A stretch of 64,000 nucleotides of DNA from an uncultured Alphaproteobacteria bacterium (lineage in GTDB: Bacteria > Pseudomonadota > Alphaproteobacteria > Sphingomonadales > Sphingomonadaceae), in the NCBI GenBank assembly GCA_963844225.1, contig CAWJNG010000008.1, positions 78,837-142,836 on the forward strand. Reading direction: 5' to 3'. Below, in pieces: positions 28,251 through 36,376 of this stretch. Every line of letters starts with the position of its first letter. The first letter of the stretch is position 1. Both the position numbers and the translations under genes were made by a program. A model generated the notes under the pieces. That model had not been told where the DNA came from. It searched no databases and was given only the letters and a program-made list of their open reading frames with translations.

Positions 28251-28787
28251 TTATTCCTCGCGCAACCGGTCGGCAAAACCTTTGCGCAACTTGGCGAGCT
28301 TGGGCGGGATGGAGGCCATGCAATAGGGGCTGCTTTGACCTTCGCCTTCCCAATAATTCTGGTGATAATCCTCGGCCGGATACCAGTCGGAAGCCGGTTC
28401 GATGGTTGTGACAATCGGGTCGGGCCAATTGTCCTTGGCGCGCGCAATCGCATCGGGCGCGGCACTGGCCTGCGCGGCGTCGAGCGGAAAAATAGCGCTG
28501 CGATATTGGGTGCCGACGTCATTGCCCTGACGGTTGAGTTGGGTCGGGTCATGCGTGCCAAAGAAAACATCGAGCAGATCGGCATAGCTGATCACGTCCG
28601 GGTCAAAGCCGATACGAATCGCCTCTGCGTGGCCCGTTGCACCGCTGCACACCTGTTTATAGCTGGGGTTGGCAACATGCCCCCCCATATAGCCGCTTTC
28701 GACGCTCTCTACGCCCGCAAGCGATTGAAAGACCGCTTCGGTGCACCAAAAGCAGCCTCCGGCAAAAATAGCAGTTTCCTTGGTCAT
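28251..28787 (-). CDS. msrA: peptide-methionine (S)-S-oxide reductase
   Basis: 178 aa. Active-site motif FAGGCFWCTEAVF. Confidence 0.95.
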   Translation of the reverse strand: MTKETAIFAGGCFWCTEAVFQSLAGVESVESGYMGGHVANPSYKQVCSGATGHAEAIRIGFDPDVISYADLLDVFFGTHDPTQLNRQGNDVGTQYRSAIFPLDAAQASAAPDAIARAKDNWPDPIVTTIEPASDWYPAEDYHQNYWEGEGQSSPYCMASIPPKLAKLRKGFADRLREE

Positions 28788-28840
28788 GCAGCTGTCTTTC
28801 CGTTGAGGAGGGGTCGATCCTAAATAGGGCGTCGGCCATT

Positions 28841-29854
28841 CTAATCCAAGGGCGGCGGCGCATCGAGCAGCGGCGGGTGCAAATCACCGCCTCGCGCTTT
28901 CATGCTGTTGATCGTGTCGATTTCCTTTTGCAGCGCGACGACGCGCGCACGCCAACGTGGATGGGTGCCCGCTTGAAATAGAACGGCGCCGTTGCGCTGC
29001 CCGAATGTCTCCCAGAAGCGGACCGCCGCTTGCGTGTCGTACCCCGCCGCCTGCATCAACCAGACCGAAAGGCGGTCGGCCTCTACCTCGGTCTGGCGGG
29101 TCAGGCGTGCGCTGCGCCCAAATTGCTGGAACAGCCCGCGATCGACGCCCGCAGCATCGAGCCGTGCACGGTGGCGAAGGATATTATGCGCCAGCTCGTG
29201 CGCGACTGCTGCCGCCAGCTCGTCATCATCGCGTGCGAAGCCCGCCAATCCCGCCGAAATCTGGACCAGTCGGCCATCGGCGGAACCCGTTGGCTTGTCT
29301 TTTGCGTCGACGCGAAAATCGCTCGCGCAGCCGGTAACGGGGTGAAGATGATGAATGGTGCCGCTGGCATCGGTCACATTGACGACCGCCGTCGCGGGTA
29401 GCGTGGACACGGCGGTTTCAAATCCGTCGATGCGGGTAAAGGGATCGTCGGTGGGGGGCGAGAAAGCTATCTGGTTGATCGCCGTCACCCCCATTCCCAC
29501 GCTCAAGCCTGCGGCCGCCGCAGGACCGTCAGGAGCAAGGGCAGCGATAAAGGGTGTGTCGGTCGAGCCAGCACCATAGACCATCCGCGCTGCGGGCCAG
29601 CGCGCCGGATCATAAAGCCGCGGATCGCCCAATATCCAGCCGAGCTGCGGGGCCTGCTGCGGACACCAGCGGGAATTGGCGGTGGTCAGGCGAAATCCGA
29701 TCGCGGCGATGCGCTGTTCATAGGAACGGAGCGCCGAATAAGGAGACGCGCTGGCGAGGCTATCCTTGGCCTCGGCGGCTGCAATCGAGGCGGACTGACC
29801 AAGGGTGCCCAGCAATAGACAGGGCGGAAGCAGAAAGAAGAAAATGCGGCGCAT
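28841..29854 (-). CDS. secreted zinc metallopeptidase (M48-like, HExxH) with PDZ-like segment
   Basis: Signal peptide MRRIFFFLLPPCLLLGTLGQSASIAAA. Zinc motif VAHELAHNILRH. Confidence 0.7.
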   Translation of the reverse strand: MRRIFFFLLPPCLLLGTLGQSASIAAAEAKDSLASASPYSALRSYEQRIAAIGFRLTTANSRWCPQQAPQLGWILGDPRLYDPARWPAARMVYGAGSTDTPFIAALAPDGPAAAAGLSVGMGVTAINQIAFSPPTDDPFTRIDGFETAVSTLPATAVVNVTDASGTIHHLHPVTGCASDFRVDAKDKPTGSADGRLVQISAGLAGFARDDDELAAAVAHELAHNILRHRARLDAAGVDRGLFQQFGRSARLTRQTEVEADRLSVWLMQAAGYDTQAAVRFWETFGQRNGAVLFQAGTHPRWRARVVALQKEIDTINSMKARGGDLHPPLLDAPPPLD

Positions 29855-29955
29855 GGGGAGCGCTTACCAATGCCATCCTGTCGCTGCTATGAATTTTGTC
29901 GTTGCGTGGGTGCGGCCCCCTTGCCTCGGGCGCGGCAAGCGACGATAGGGCGGCC

Positions 29956-31002
29956 ATGACGCAAGATTCTGCTTTGGCAACTCGTTCGGGGCCGCGTCCC
30001 GCCGCGCTGGCGCGCTGGTTGTGGTGCGTGGCCATATTGGTCATTGCGGTCGTAGCCGTGGGCGGCATTACCCGCCTGACCGAATCGGGGCTCTCGATCA
30101 CCGAATGGAAGCCCGTGTCGGGCATGCTGCCGCCGTTGACCCATGCCGACTGGCTGCACGAATTTCACAAATATCAGCAGATCCCCGAATATCAGCAGAT
30201 CAACGCAGGCATGTCGCTTGCGGCCTTTCAGGCGATTTTTTTCTGGGAATGGCTGCACCGCATATTGGGCCGCCTGGTTGGCTTTGCGCTTCTTGTTCCT
30301 TTTGCCTGGTACGCCCTTCGCCGCGCCATTCCAGCTGGCTATGCTTGGCGGCTATTTGCCTTGGCGGCGCTGGTGGGGCTGCAAGGCACGATCGGCTGGT
30401 GGATGGTCAAATCGGGATTGTCAGTGCGCACCGATGTCAGCCATTTCCGGCTGGCGATCCATTTGCTGACCGCGCTGTTCCTGCTCGGCGGGCTGGTGTG
30501 GACGGCGCGCGATTTGTCTGCGCTGCACCGGTATCCGGCGACCGCCCGGCCTGCGCGGTTGAAGGGGGCCGCGGTCGGCATTGCCGCTCTGCTGGCCATT
30601 CAGTTGCTGCTGGGCGCGTGGACCGCCGGACTGAATGCCGGATATGTGGCGAGCGACTGGCCGCTGATGAACGACCATTTCGTACCGCAGGGCATCGACT
30701 GGTCGGGCGGCATGTGGTCGACGCTGACCAACGATCCCTTTCTGATTTTCTTCCTGCATCGCTGGTGGGCTTGGCTGGTGGCCGCCGCGCTGCTGCTGCT
30801 CGCGCGGCGATTGTGGCGGTTGCAGGCTAGTAGATTAGCCGGTCTGACATTGGCAGTCGTCGGCACGCAGATCGGGCTTGGGATATTGACCACCGTGACG
30901 GGGGTTCAATTATGGATTGCCGTCCTGCACCAAGTGGTAGGCGCGATATTGGTCGCGACAATTGCCGCAGGGCTGCATCGGATCGGGCATAATGAAGCAT
31001 GA
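29956..31002 (+). CDS. ctaA: heme A synthase (COX15/CtaA family)
   Basis: Start refined to MTQDSALATRSG. GGITRLTESGLSITEWKPVSG and multiple TM helices with conserved His residues. Confidence 0.85.
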   Translation: MTQDSALATRSGPRPAALARWLWCVAILVIAVVAVGGITRLTESGLSITEWKPVSGMLPPLTHADWLHEFHKYQQIPEYQQINAGMSLAAFQAIFFWEWLHRILGRLVGFALLVPFAWYALRRAIPAGYAWRLFALAALVGLQGTIGWWMVKSGLSVRTDVSHFRLAIHLLTALFLLGGLVWTARDLSALHRYPATARPARLKGAAVGIAALLAIQLLLGAWTAGLNAGYVASDWPLMNDHFVPQGIDWSGGMWSTLTNDPFLIFFLHRWWAWLVAAALLLLARRLWRLQASRLAGLTLAVVGTQIGLGILTTVTGVQLWIAVLHQVVGAILVATIAAGLHRIGHNEA

Positions 31003-31299
31003 AACCCTGCGCCGTTTGCCGCTTCGCGCGTGCGGGCTTTTGCGCTTGCTGCCTTCTTCGCTGCCACTAGACGCGACACATTGCCCAAAGCGAAATTTGT
31101 CTTCGAAGCGCGATGCGAAGGGCTCAAAGGTATTGAGTTACCCGTCAGCAAAGCCGCATGAGCCTTGACTTTGCGCTCATTGAGCGCCATTGGCCCGCTC
31201 AGAAGCGCCGCCGAGTCCCTGTCTGGGCCGGGCGGCGCTGCTGTTTCGGGCGGTTGACCCTAGGTCAATTGCCATCATCCATCGTTTGAGGAGGTCGCC

Positions 31300-31782
31300 A
31301 TGATGAAGGCGCTGACCAAAACGACCCAGTCGGCCAATGCCGCGACGGTCGAAAAGAAATGGGTGCTGATTGACGCAGACGGTCTGGTTGTAGGCCGCGT
31401 CGCATCGATCATCGCCAGCATCCTGCGCGGCAAGAATAAGCCAAGCTACACCCCGCACGTCGATTGCGGTGACAATGTCATCGTCATCAACGCGGGCAAG
31501 GTGCGCTTCACCGGCAAGAAGATGACCGATAAGGTTTATTACAAGCACACCGGTTATGCCGGCGGAATCAAGGAAACGACGCCTGCCAAAATTTTGGAAG
31601 GCCGCTTTCCCGAGCGCGTGCTGGAAAAAGCTATCGAACGCATGATCCCGCGTGGCCCGTTGGGGCGTCAGCAGATGCGCAACCTGCGCGTTTTTGCCGG
31701 CACCGACCATCCGCATGAAGGGCAAAACCCCGAAGTGATCGACGTCGCGTCGATGAACCGCAAGAATAAGGTGGGTGCATAA
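31300..31782 (+). CDS. rplM: 50S ribosomal protein L13
   Basis: [47 protein letters not shown]. Strong SD gaggagg. Confidence 0.95.
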   Translation: MMKALTKTTQSANAATVEKKWVLIDADGLVVGRVASIIASILRGKNKPSYTPHVDCGDNVIVINAGKVRFTGKKMTDKVYYKHTGYAGGIKETTPAKILEGRFPERVLEKAIERMIPRGPLGRQQMRNLRVFAGTDHPHEGQNPEVIDVASMNRKNKVGA

Positions 31783-32306
31783 TGGCCGACGAACAGACCG
31801 TGACCGATCTCAAGGATCTCGCCGGCGCCGTTGAAGGCACCGGAGCTGCCATCGGCAATGAAGCCAGCATCGCAGCGCCTGTCAGCACCATGCCGCTGCG
31901 CGAAAAAATTGTCGATGCGCAAGGCCGCGCCTATGCGACCGGTCGTCGTAAAGACGCCATCGCGCGCGTTTGGCTGAAGCCCGGAACGGGTAAAATCACC
32001 GTCAATGGCCGCGACCAGGAAGTGTATTTCGCACGTCCGACATTGCGTCTGGTGATCAACCAGCCGTTCGGCGTCGCCGATCGTATCGGCCAGTATGACA
32101 TTGTCGCTACCGTCAAGGGTGGCGGGCTTTCGGGACAGGCCGGAGCCGTCAAGCATGGCATCTCGCAGGCATTGACCCGCTTTGAGCCGACGCTGCGCGC
32201 GGTGGTCAAGGCGGCCGGCTTCCTGACCCGCGACAGCCGTGCGGTCGAGCGTAAGAAGTACGGCAAGGCCAAGGCCCGCGCCAGCTTCCAGTTCTCGAAG
32301 CGCTAA
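31782..32306 (+). CDS. rpsI: 30S ribosomal protein S9
   Basis: C-terminus [25 protein letters not shown]. The start overlaps the rplM stop (TAATG). Confidence 0.95.
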   Translation: MADEQTVTDLKDLAGAVEGTGAAIGNEASIAAPVSTMPLREKIVDAQGRAYATGRRKDAIARVWLKPGTGKITVNGRDQEVYFARPTLRLVINQPFGVADRIGQYDIVATVKGGGLSGQAGAVKHGISQALTRFEPTLRAVVKAAGFLTRDSRAVERKKYGKAKARASFQFSKR

Positions 32307-32369
32307 TCACTTTTCTTCGTCGACGGACGGAGCAAACGGAAAGGGCGGCCCAGCAATGGGTCGCCCTTT
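32301..32369. repeat. direct repeat copy A (rpsI stop plus terminator region)
   Basis: Aligns ungapped with 32994-33062 at about 50 of 69 positions (37 of 44 in the core). Confidence 0.7.
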
Positions 32370-32371
32370 TT
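32343..32371 (+). terminator. rho-independent terminator after rpsI
   Basis: GGGCGGCCCA-GCAA-TGGGTCGCCC followed by TTTTT. Confidence 0.75.
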
Positions 32372-32408
32372 GCGGATCGCGTGTGGCTGAGCCACGCGAG
32401 GTTGATGT

Positions 32409-32717
32409 TCAGTCTTTTGTTGCCTCTTCTTCATGGCCGGCAATATCGCCCTCGGTGAACAGATATTCGCGCAATTCCTTGTCAAAATCGGCGCTGTTAC
32501 GGCGTAACCATTCGAGCACCATTGCGGCATGCTCAATCTCTTCGCGCATATTGTGCAGAAGCACATCCTTGAGCGCTTCGTCCTCGCAATCATCGGCGCG
32601 TTGCTGATACCAGTCCGCGGCCTCCAGTTCTTCCATCAGCGAAACAATCGCATGGTGCATCGACAGCGTCTTCTTGCTCAAACGTTCCCGTGGTGCGTGC
32701 AGTCCTTCACTCGACAT
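32409..32717 (-). CDS. encapsulated-ferritin (EncFtn)-like ferroxidase; no targeting tail and no adjacent encapsulin
   Basis: 102 aa. SLMEELEAADWYQQRAD..REEIEHAAMVLEWLRRN..YLFTEG resembles R. rubrum EncFtn as I recall it. SD AAGGAG with a 6-nt spacer. Confidence 0.8.
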   Translation of the reverse strand: MSSEGLHAPRERLSKKTLSMHHAIVSLMEELEAADWYQQRADDCEDEALKDVLLHNMREEIEHAAMVLEWLRRNSADFDKELREYLFTEGDIAGHEEEATKD

Positions 32718-32747
32718 ATGCGTCTCCTTGATTGTTTGGATGTGACC

Positions 32748-32763
32748 TGTGGATCAATCCACA
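32748..32763. promoter_or_regulatory. perfect 7-2-7 palindrome upstream of the EncFtn-like gene (candidate operator)
   Basis: TGTGGAT-CA-ATCCACA lies 31-46 nt upstream of the ATG at 32717. The binding factor is unknown. Confidence 0.35.
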
Positions 32764-32993
32764 TGCTAGACCATTAAGATACCTGTGGCCAATGCCAGGG
32801 TTCCAAAGCGTCGTAGATGGCGTCGGCGATATCGGCCCAATGACTCGAATCTGGCGGCAATGAAGATAGCGCTTCCTGCTATCGCGTGCATATCAATATA
32901 TGAGCTGTGACGATTGCCGCAGGGTCTGACGAGGAGCGCCCTAGACTGCTATCCAAAACGATAAGGCGCGATGCCGCCTATCTCTTCTCCGAC

Positions 32994-33062
32994 CGCTAGC
33001 CAGATTTTTTCGCCGACGGAAGGAGCGAAGGGAAGGGGCGGCCCAGCAGCAGGTCATGTTTT
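32994..33062. repeat. direct repeat copy B (degenerate; forms the 3' end of the hydroxylase ORF)
   Basis: Same orientation as copy A, offset exactly 693 bp. The 3' hairpin arm is decayed (aggtcatgt versus gggtcgccc). Confidence 0.7.
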
Positions 33063-34030
33063 GAGGTTGCAGCGGGGGTTTGCGCCCATACTCCGCCGAC
33101 CCTTCGACCCGCATCGACAAAAGGCATAAATAGCGACCCCTGGGCGCCATGCGGATCATAGCTGAGTCCATCGACGCCGAAGCGCAGCTTTTCGCGCTTT
33201 GCGGTCGGCAGATGCAACGTTCCGAACAGACGGTCGAATATGGCCAGCGTCGCGCCGAAATTGCGATCATGGTGACGGTTTTCGACCGAATGATGGATTT
33301 GGTGGTGCGCCGGGCTCAGCAGCCAGTGACCGGCCCGACCAGGCAGGCTGATCCATAAATGCGAATGCTGCAAATAGCTGAACATGATGATGGCAAGAAA
33401 GGTAAGGACGTTTGTTCCGTGGATTGTGAAGCCATAACCTCCGCCACCGAGGAAGAAGAGAACCAGCGCCATTGTCAGACCAGCCGATGCTGCGGCCATG
33501 TTGAAAAAAATAATTGAATCGACCGGGTGCACGCGAAAATTGGTGAGTGGCGTCAGCGATTTGGCGGTGTGGTGGACCTTGTGAAATTCCCACAGCCAAC
33601 CAATGCGGTGGCTTAAACGGTGATTGAGCCAATATGCGAACTCATAGGCGACAAAGAGGGAGAAGGTCATGATCGTGGCTGCGACCCATGGCGGCACCCT
33701 GATCTGCGCGGGCTGTCCAAGCAAGGCATGCAGACCGCGCAGCGCTTGAGCTGCGTACCATTCGCTCGACCATAGCGCCCAGCCGAGCGCGCTTGCCGAA
33801 AATAATATGCCAAAGAGGAACCAGCAGATATCGGCGCGGCCAGAAGCGCTTCGCACGATTCGAGACGGTAGCAGCGCGCGCAGCAACACTTTCAAGCGTA
33901 CAGGACGCGTTCGTCCCCGCGGGATTGCGAAGCGCAGGGCGAACCCGACTGCGATCATAACCGCGGCAAAGGTCAACGCTGGCGCGGCCCATGCCGAGAA
34001 TATCGTCGCAATGTCGCTGTGTTGTTCCAT
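32996..34030 (-). CDS. fatty acid hydroxylase / sterol desaturase superfamily membrane protein
   Basis: Start refined to MEQHSDIATIF. His boxes HRLSH, HKVHH and HHQIHH. Four or five TM helices. Confidence 0.8.
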   Translation of the reverse strand: MEQHSDIATIFSAWAAPALTFAAVMIAVGFALRFAIPRGRTRPVRLKVLLRALLPSRIVRSASGRADICWFLFGILFSASALGWALWSSEWYAAQALRGLHALLGQPAQIRVPPWVAATIMTFSLFVAYEFAYWLNHRLSHRIGWLWEFHKVHHTAKSLTPLTNFRVHPVDSIIFFNMAAASAGLTMALVLFFLGGGGYGFTIHGTNVLTFLAIIMFSYLQHSHLWISLPGRAGHWLLSPAHHQIHHSVENRHHDRNFGATLAIFDRLFGTLHLPTAKREKLRFGVDGLSYDPHGAQGSLFMPFVDAGRRVGGVWAQTPAATSKHDLLLGRPFPSLLPSAKKSG

Positions 34031-34231
34031 TGGGCTGGGGATATAGGCTGCAGTTGGTAAACGGGCGCTTAAATTGCGGCCTCGAGATATGGGCTTTTCG
34101 TTGCGATACGCGAATGTAATTATTGATATCTTCAAGAGTAAAAGTCTTAGAAAAATGAAGCAATTTGGCCAATTTCTATCATCTTCTTGCGTTTAGTTGG
34201 CGGGCGATATGAAGATAGGCGCGTTTTGCCA

Positions 34232-35278
34232 TCACAGCAGTCCTAAACTCCCCAAATCCAGCGCCTGCCGTGCAGGCCTTTCGGCCATCACCGCGAACAT
34301 TTCATCGCCGCGCGGCGTCCGCTCGACATTCATCGATGCAAACACCGCCATAAAATAGCCGCTGAGCGCGCCGATACGATAGTCGGTCCACAATGCGTCC
34401 GCATCGGCGGTGACGCCTGCCTCGCTAAGGCCTGCGAACCAATGGTCAAAGGCGGGGCGATCTGCCGCTGCCCGCGAGGACGGATCAGCGATGCTGGTAC
34501 CGATCAGATAGGCAAGATCGGCGGCACCGCTTCCGCGCCCTACTGTCTGCCAGTCGACGAGCCAGCACTGCGCACCGCCGGGCGCAAACAGGATATTGTC
34601 GATCCGCAAATCGCCGTGAACGATGGTGCGCGCAGCGGGCTGGCGCGACAGATAGGCGTCGAGCCGTTCGACCAGTCCTGCACCGACATTGAGGACATCG
34701 GGCGCGAGGCGGCCAGCATAGCGGTCACGAAATCCGGTATAAAGTGTGGCGAAGAGCGAGCGCACAAGCGCGCTATTGTCGCGCGCCAGCCACGGCAGTG
34801 TGTCGAGCCGAGGATCGTTCCACAGCATCGCGTGCAGCTTTGTCACTTGATCGATGCAAGGCAACAGGGCTGGAAGTGCAACCCCGCCAATCTGGTCGCC
34901 TTGATCGGCCGGGGCGAGATCACTCAGCAGCAGCAGAAACTCGACATCGTCGGGTTCAATCGCGGCAAAATAGCAATGCGGGGCAGCGACGCCGCTTTTT
35001 TGTGCCAGTTCGCGATACCAGCTGACTTCCTTGATATAGGTACCAGTGAGCGCGGCAATGTGGCGGCTGGCGGCATCATGGCTGGGGCATTTGGCGATGA
35101 TGGTGGCGGGAGCAGCCGATGACACATCGGCCCAGTCGAGCGTCAGGCGAAAGCTGTCACACATCTGGCCGGTGCCAACCGTTGCCGTTGTAAAGCCGCG
35201 CAAGCTACCTGCTGGTTGATCCAGCACCCTTGCCAGCCAGTCCGGCGTTATGGCGTCGGGTCCCGTAGGAAAGTTCAC
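34232..35278 (-). CDS. phosphotransferase (APH / choline-kinase-like) family protein
   Basis: The GTG start at 35278 overlaps the upstream stop (GTGA). Catalytic loop HGDLRIDNILF and metal-binding VDWQ. Confidence 0.75.
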   Translation of the reverse strand: MNFPTGPDAITPDWLARVLDQPAGSLRGFTTATVGTGQMCDSFRLTLDWADVSSAAPATIIAKCPSHDAASRHIAALTGTYIKEVSWYRELAQKSGVAAPHCYFAAIEPDDVEFLLLLSDLAPADQGDQIGGVALPALLPCIDQVTKLHAMLWNDPRLDTLPWLARDNSALVRSLFATLYTGFRDRYAGRLAPDVLNVGAGLVERLDAYLSRQPAARTIVHGDLRIDNILFAPGGAQCWLVDWQTVGRGSGAADLAYLIGTSIADPSSRAAADRPAFDHWFAGLSEAGVTADADALWTDYRIGALSGYFMAVFASMNVERTPRGDEMFAVMAERPARQALDLGSLGLL

Positions 35279-36363
35279 CCAACAGGGTCCATCAGACCCG
35301 TCAGACCTGTGGCGGCGTGGGGTCCCACGAACAATTGCTCGAGCATACCCACTCCCCGGTGCGTCGCGGTGCCGTCGACCAGTTCGGCGATGACCCGTGC
35401 CTGGATATGCATGGCAAGCGGATTGCCCCATGCGCGTTCGTCCGCGCTTTGGCTGTCATGCGCGACCGCATCACCGCCATGGTCGATGCCATGGCCCCAT
35501 GTCGGGTGGGTATAGCCAAGCCCGCTCATGGCAAAAACCTGAGCGGCTGGGGTCAATGTCAAATGGCGTCCGGCGCCAAGATCGACACGCATCGCGGCGA
35601 TACGGCGGGTTCCGCTTTGCCAGTCGACGGTGAATCGAGCGTCGTTGAAATGTTGTTCGCTTCCATCGTCTGCAATTATCACTGCGCGGCGATTCCATGC
35701 GTTGCCGTCACCATCGTCATTGCTGTGAAAAAACAGCGAGCGGTCGATGAAATTGCATGGCGTCCACAGCCAGAAGAACTGGTTGAAATTGCCCTCTGGC
35801 GGCGGTTGTGGCTCGGCGGCACCGATCGGACGGATGCCCCAGCTCCGGTCCCGGGTACCGGACCAGCTTTTGTCCAAATCGACCCGGGTGCCGTCGCAGG
35901 ACAGCCAGCCCGCCCAATGCCCGTTTTGCGTCATCCGCGTATAGTCCATGAACAAGCGTGTGCCGTTGCGACGGATGAAGCGTGGTTCTTCGATTGGGAA
36001 GTGGCGGCCGCTAAAGCACAGCTCGGCGGTTAGCGGGCTATCATTGGCAGTGACTTTCAACGTCACCTGTTCAAGCGGGACGTCAATGCCGACGCTGATC
36101 GGCCCGACGTTAAGATCAAGCCGTTCTCCGCCAGAGCGGCGGCTTGCGCGAAGATTGTGCTGGACGCCCTCGACGATGACGCAAAAGCTGGCGTCGACAA
36201 TGCCCAATTGTGGATAAAAACCCATCGCGGCAGCGAAAAACAGGCTGCCATCGGGGCTGACGCCGTTGAAGAAATAACGGTCATAAAAATTGCGATTGTC
36301 GCCCGCAAAGGCGACGGGCTCGCTCGTCTGATGCAGCGGGAAATCATCGCCCTTGGTTAGCAA
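35275..36363 (-). CDS. conserved hypothetical protein (362 aa), family not recognised
   Basis: Genome-typical codon bias. MLTKGDDFPLHQTSEPVAFAGDNRNFYDRYFFNG.. Translationally coupled to the phosphotransferase gene. Confidence 0.6.
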   Translation of the reverse strand: MLTKGDDFPLHQTSEPVAFAGDNRNFYDRYFFNGVSPDGSLFFAAAMGFYPQLGIVDASFCVIVEGVQHNLRASRRSGGERLDLNVGPISVGIDVPLEQVTLKVTANDSPLTAELCFSGRHFPIEEPRFIRRNGTRLFMDYTRMTQNGHWAGWLSCDGTRVDLDKSWSGTRDRSWGIRPIGAAEPQPPPEGNFNQFFWLWTPCNFIDRSLFFHSNDDGDGNAWNRRAVIIADDGSEQHFNDARFTVDWQSGTRRIAAMRVDLGAGRHLTLTPAAQVFAMSGLGYTHPTWGHGIDHGGDAVAHDSQSADERAWGNPLAMHIQARVIAELVDGTATHRGVGMLEQLFVGPHAATGLTGLMDPVG

Positions 36364-36376
36364 GGCTGCGCCCCTG

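Noticed and set aside
32303-32593. 96-aa minus-strand ORF overlapping the EncFtn-like gene out of frame. A roughly 30-codon protein-like remnant (..SHWADIADAIYDALEPWHWPQVS) lies around 32790-32880.
   Set aside because: The first is a by-product of repeat copy A plus the EncFtn antisense-frame overlap. The second has no start or SD and is too short to evaluate, though it may be a gene fragment.
32301-33062. Whether the EncFtn segment is an integron-type gene cassette or an IS/MITE.
   Set aside because: There is no integrase or transposase in the window, no GTTRRRY-type core sites at the repeat ends, and no terminal inverted repeats. It is retained only as 'insertion or duplication of unknown mechanism'.
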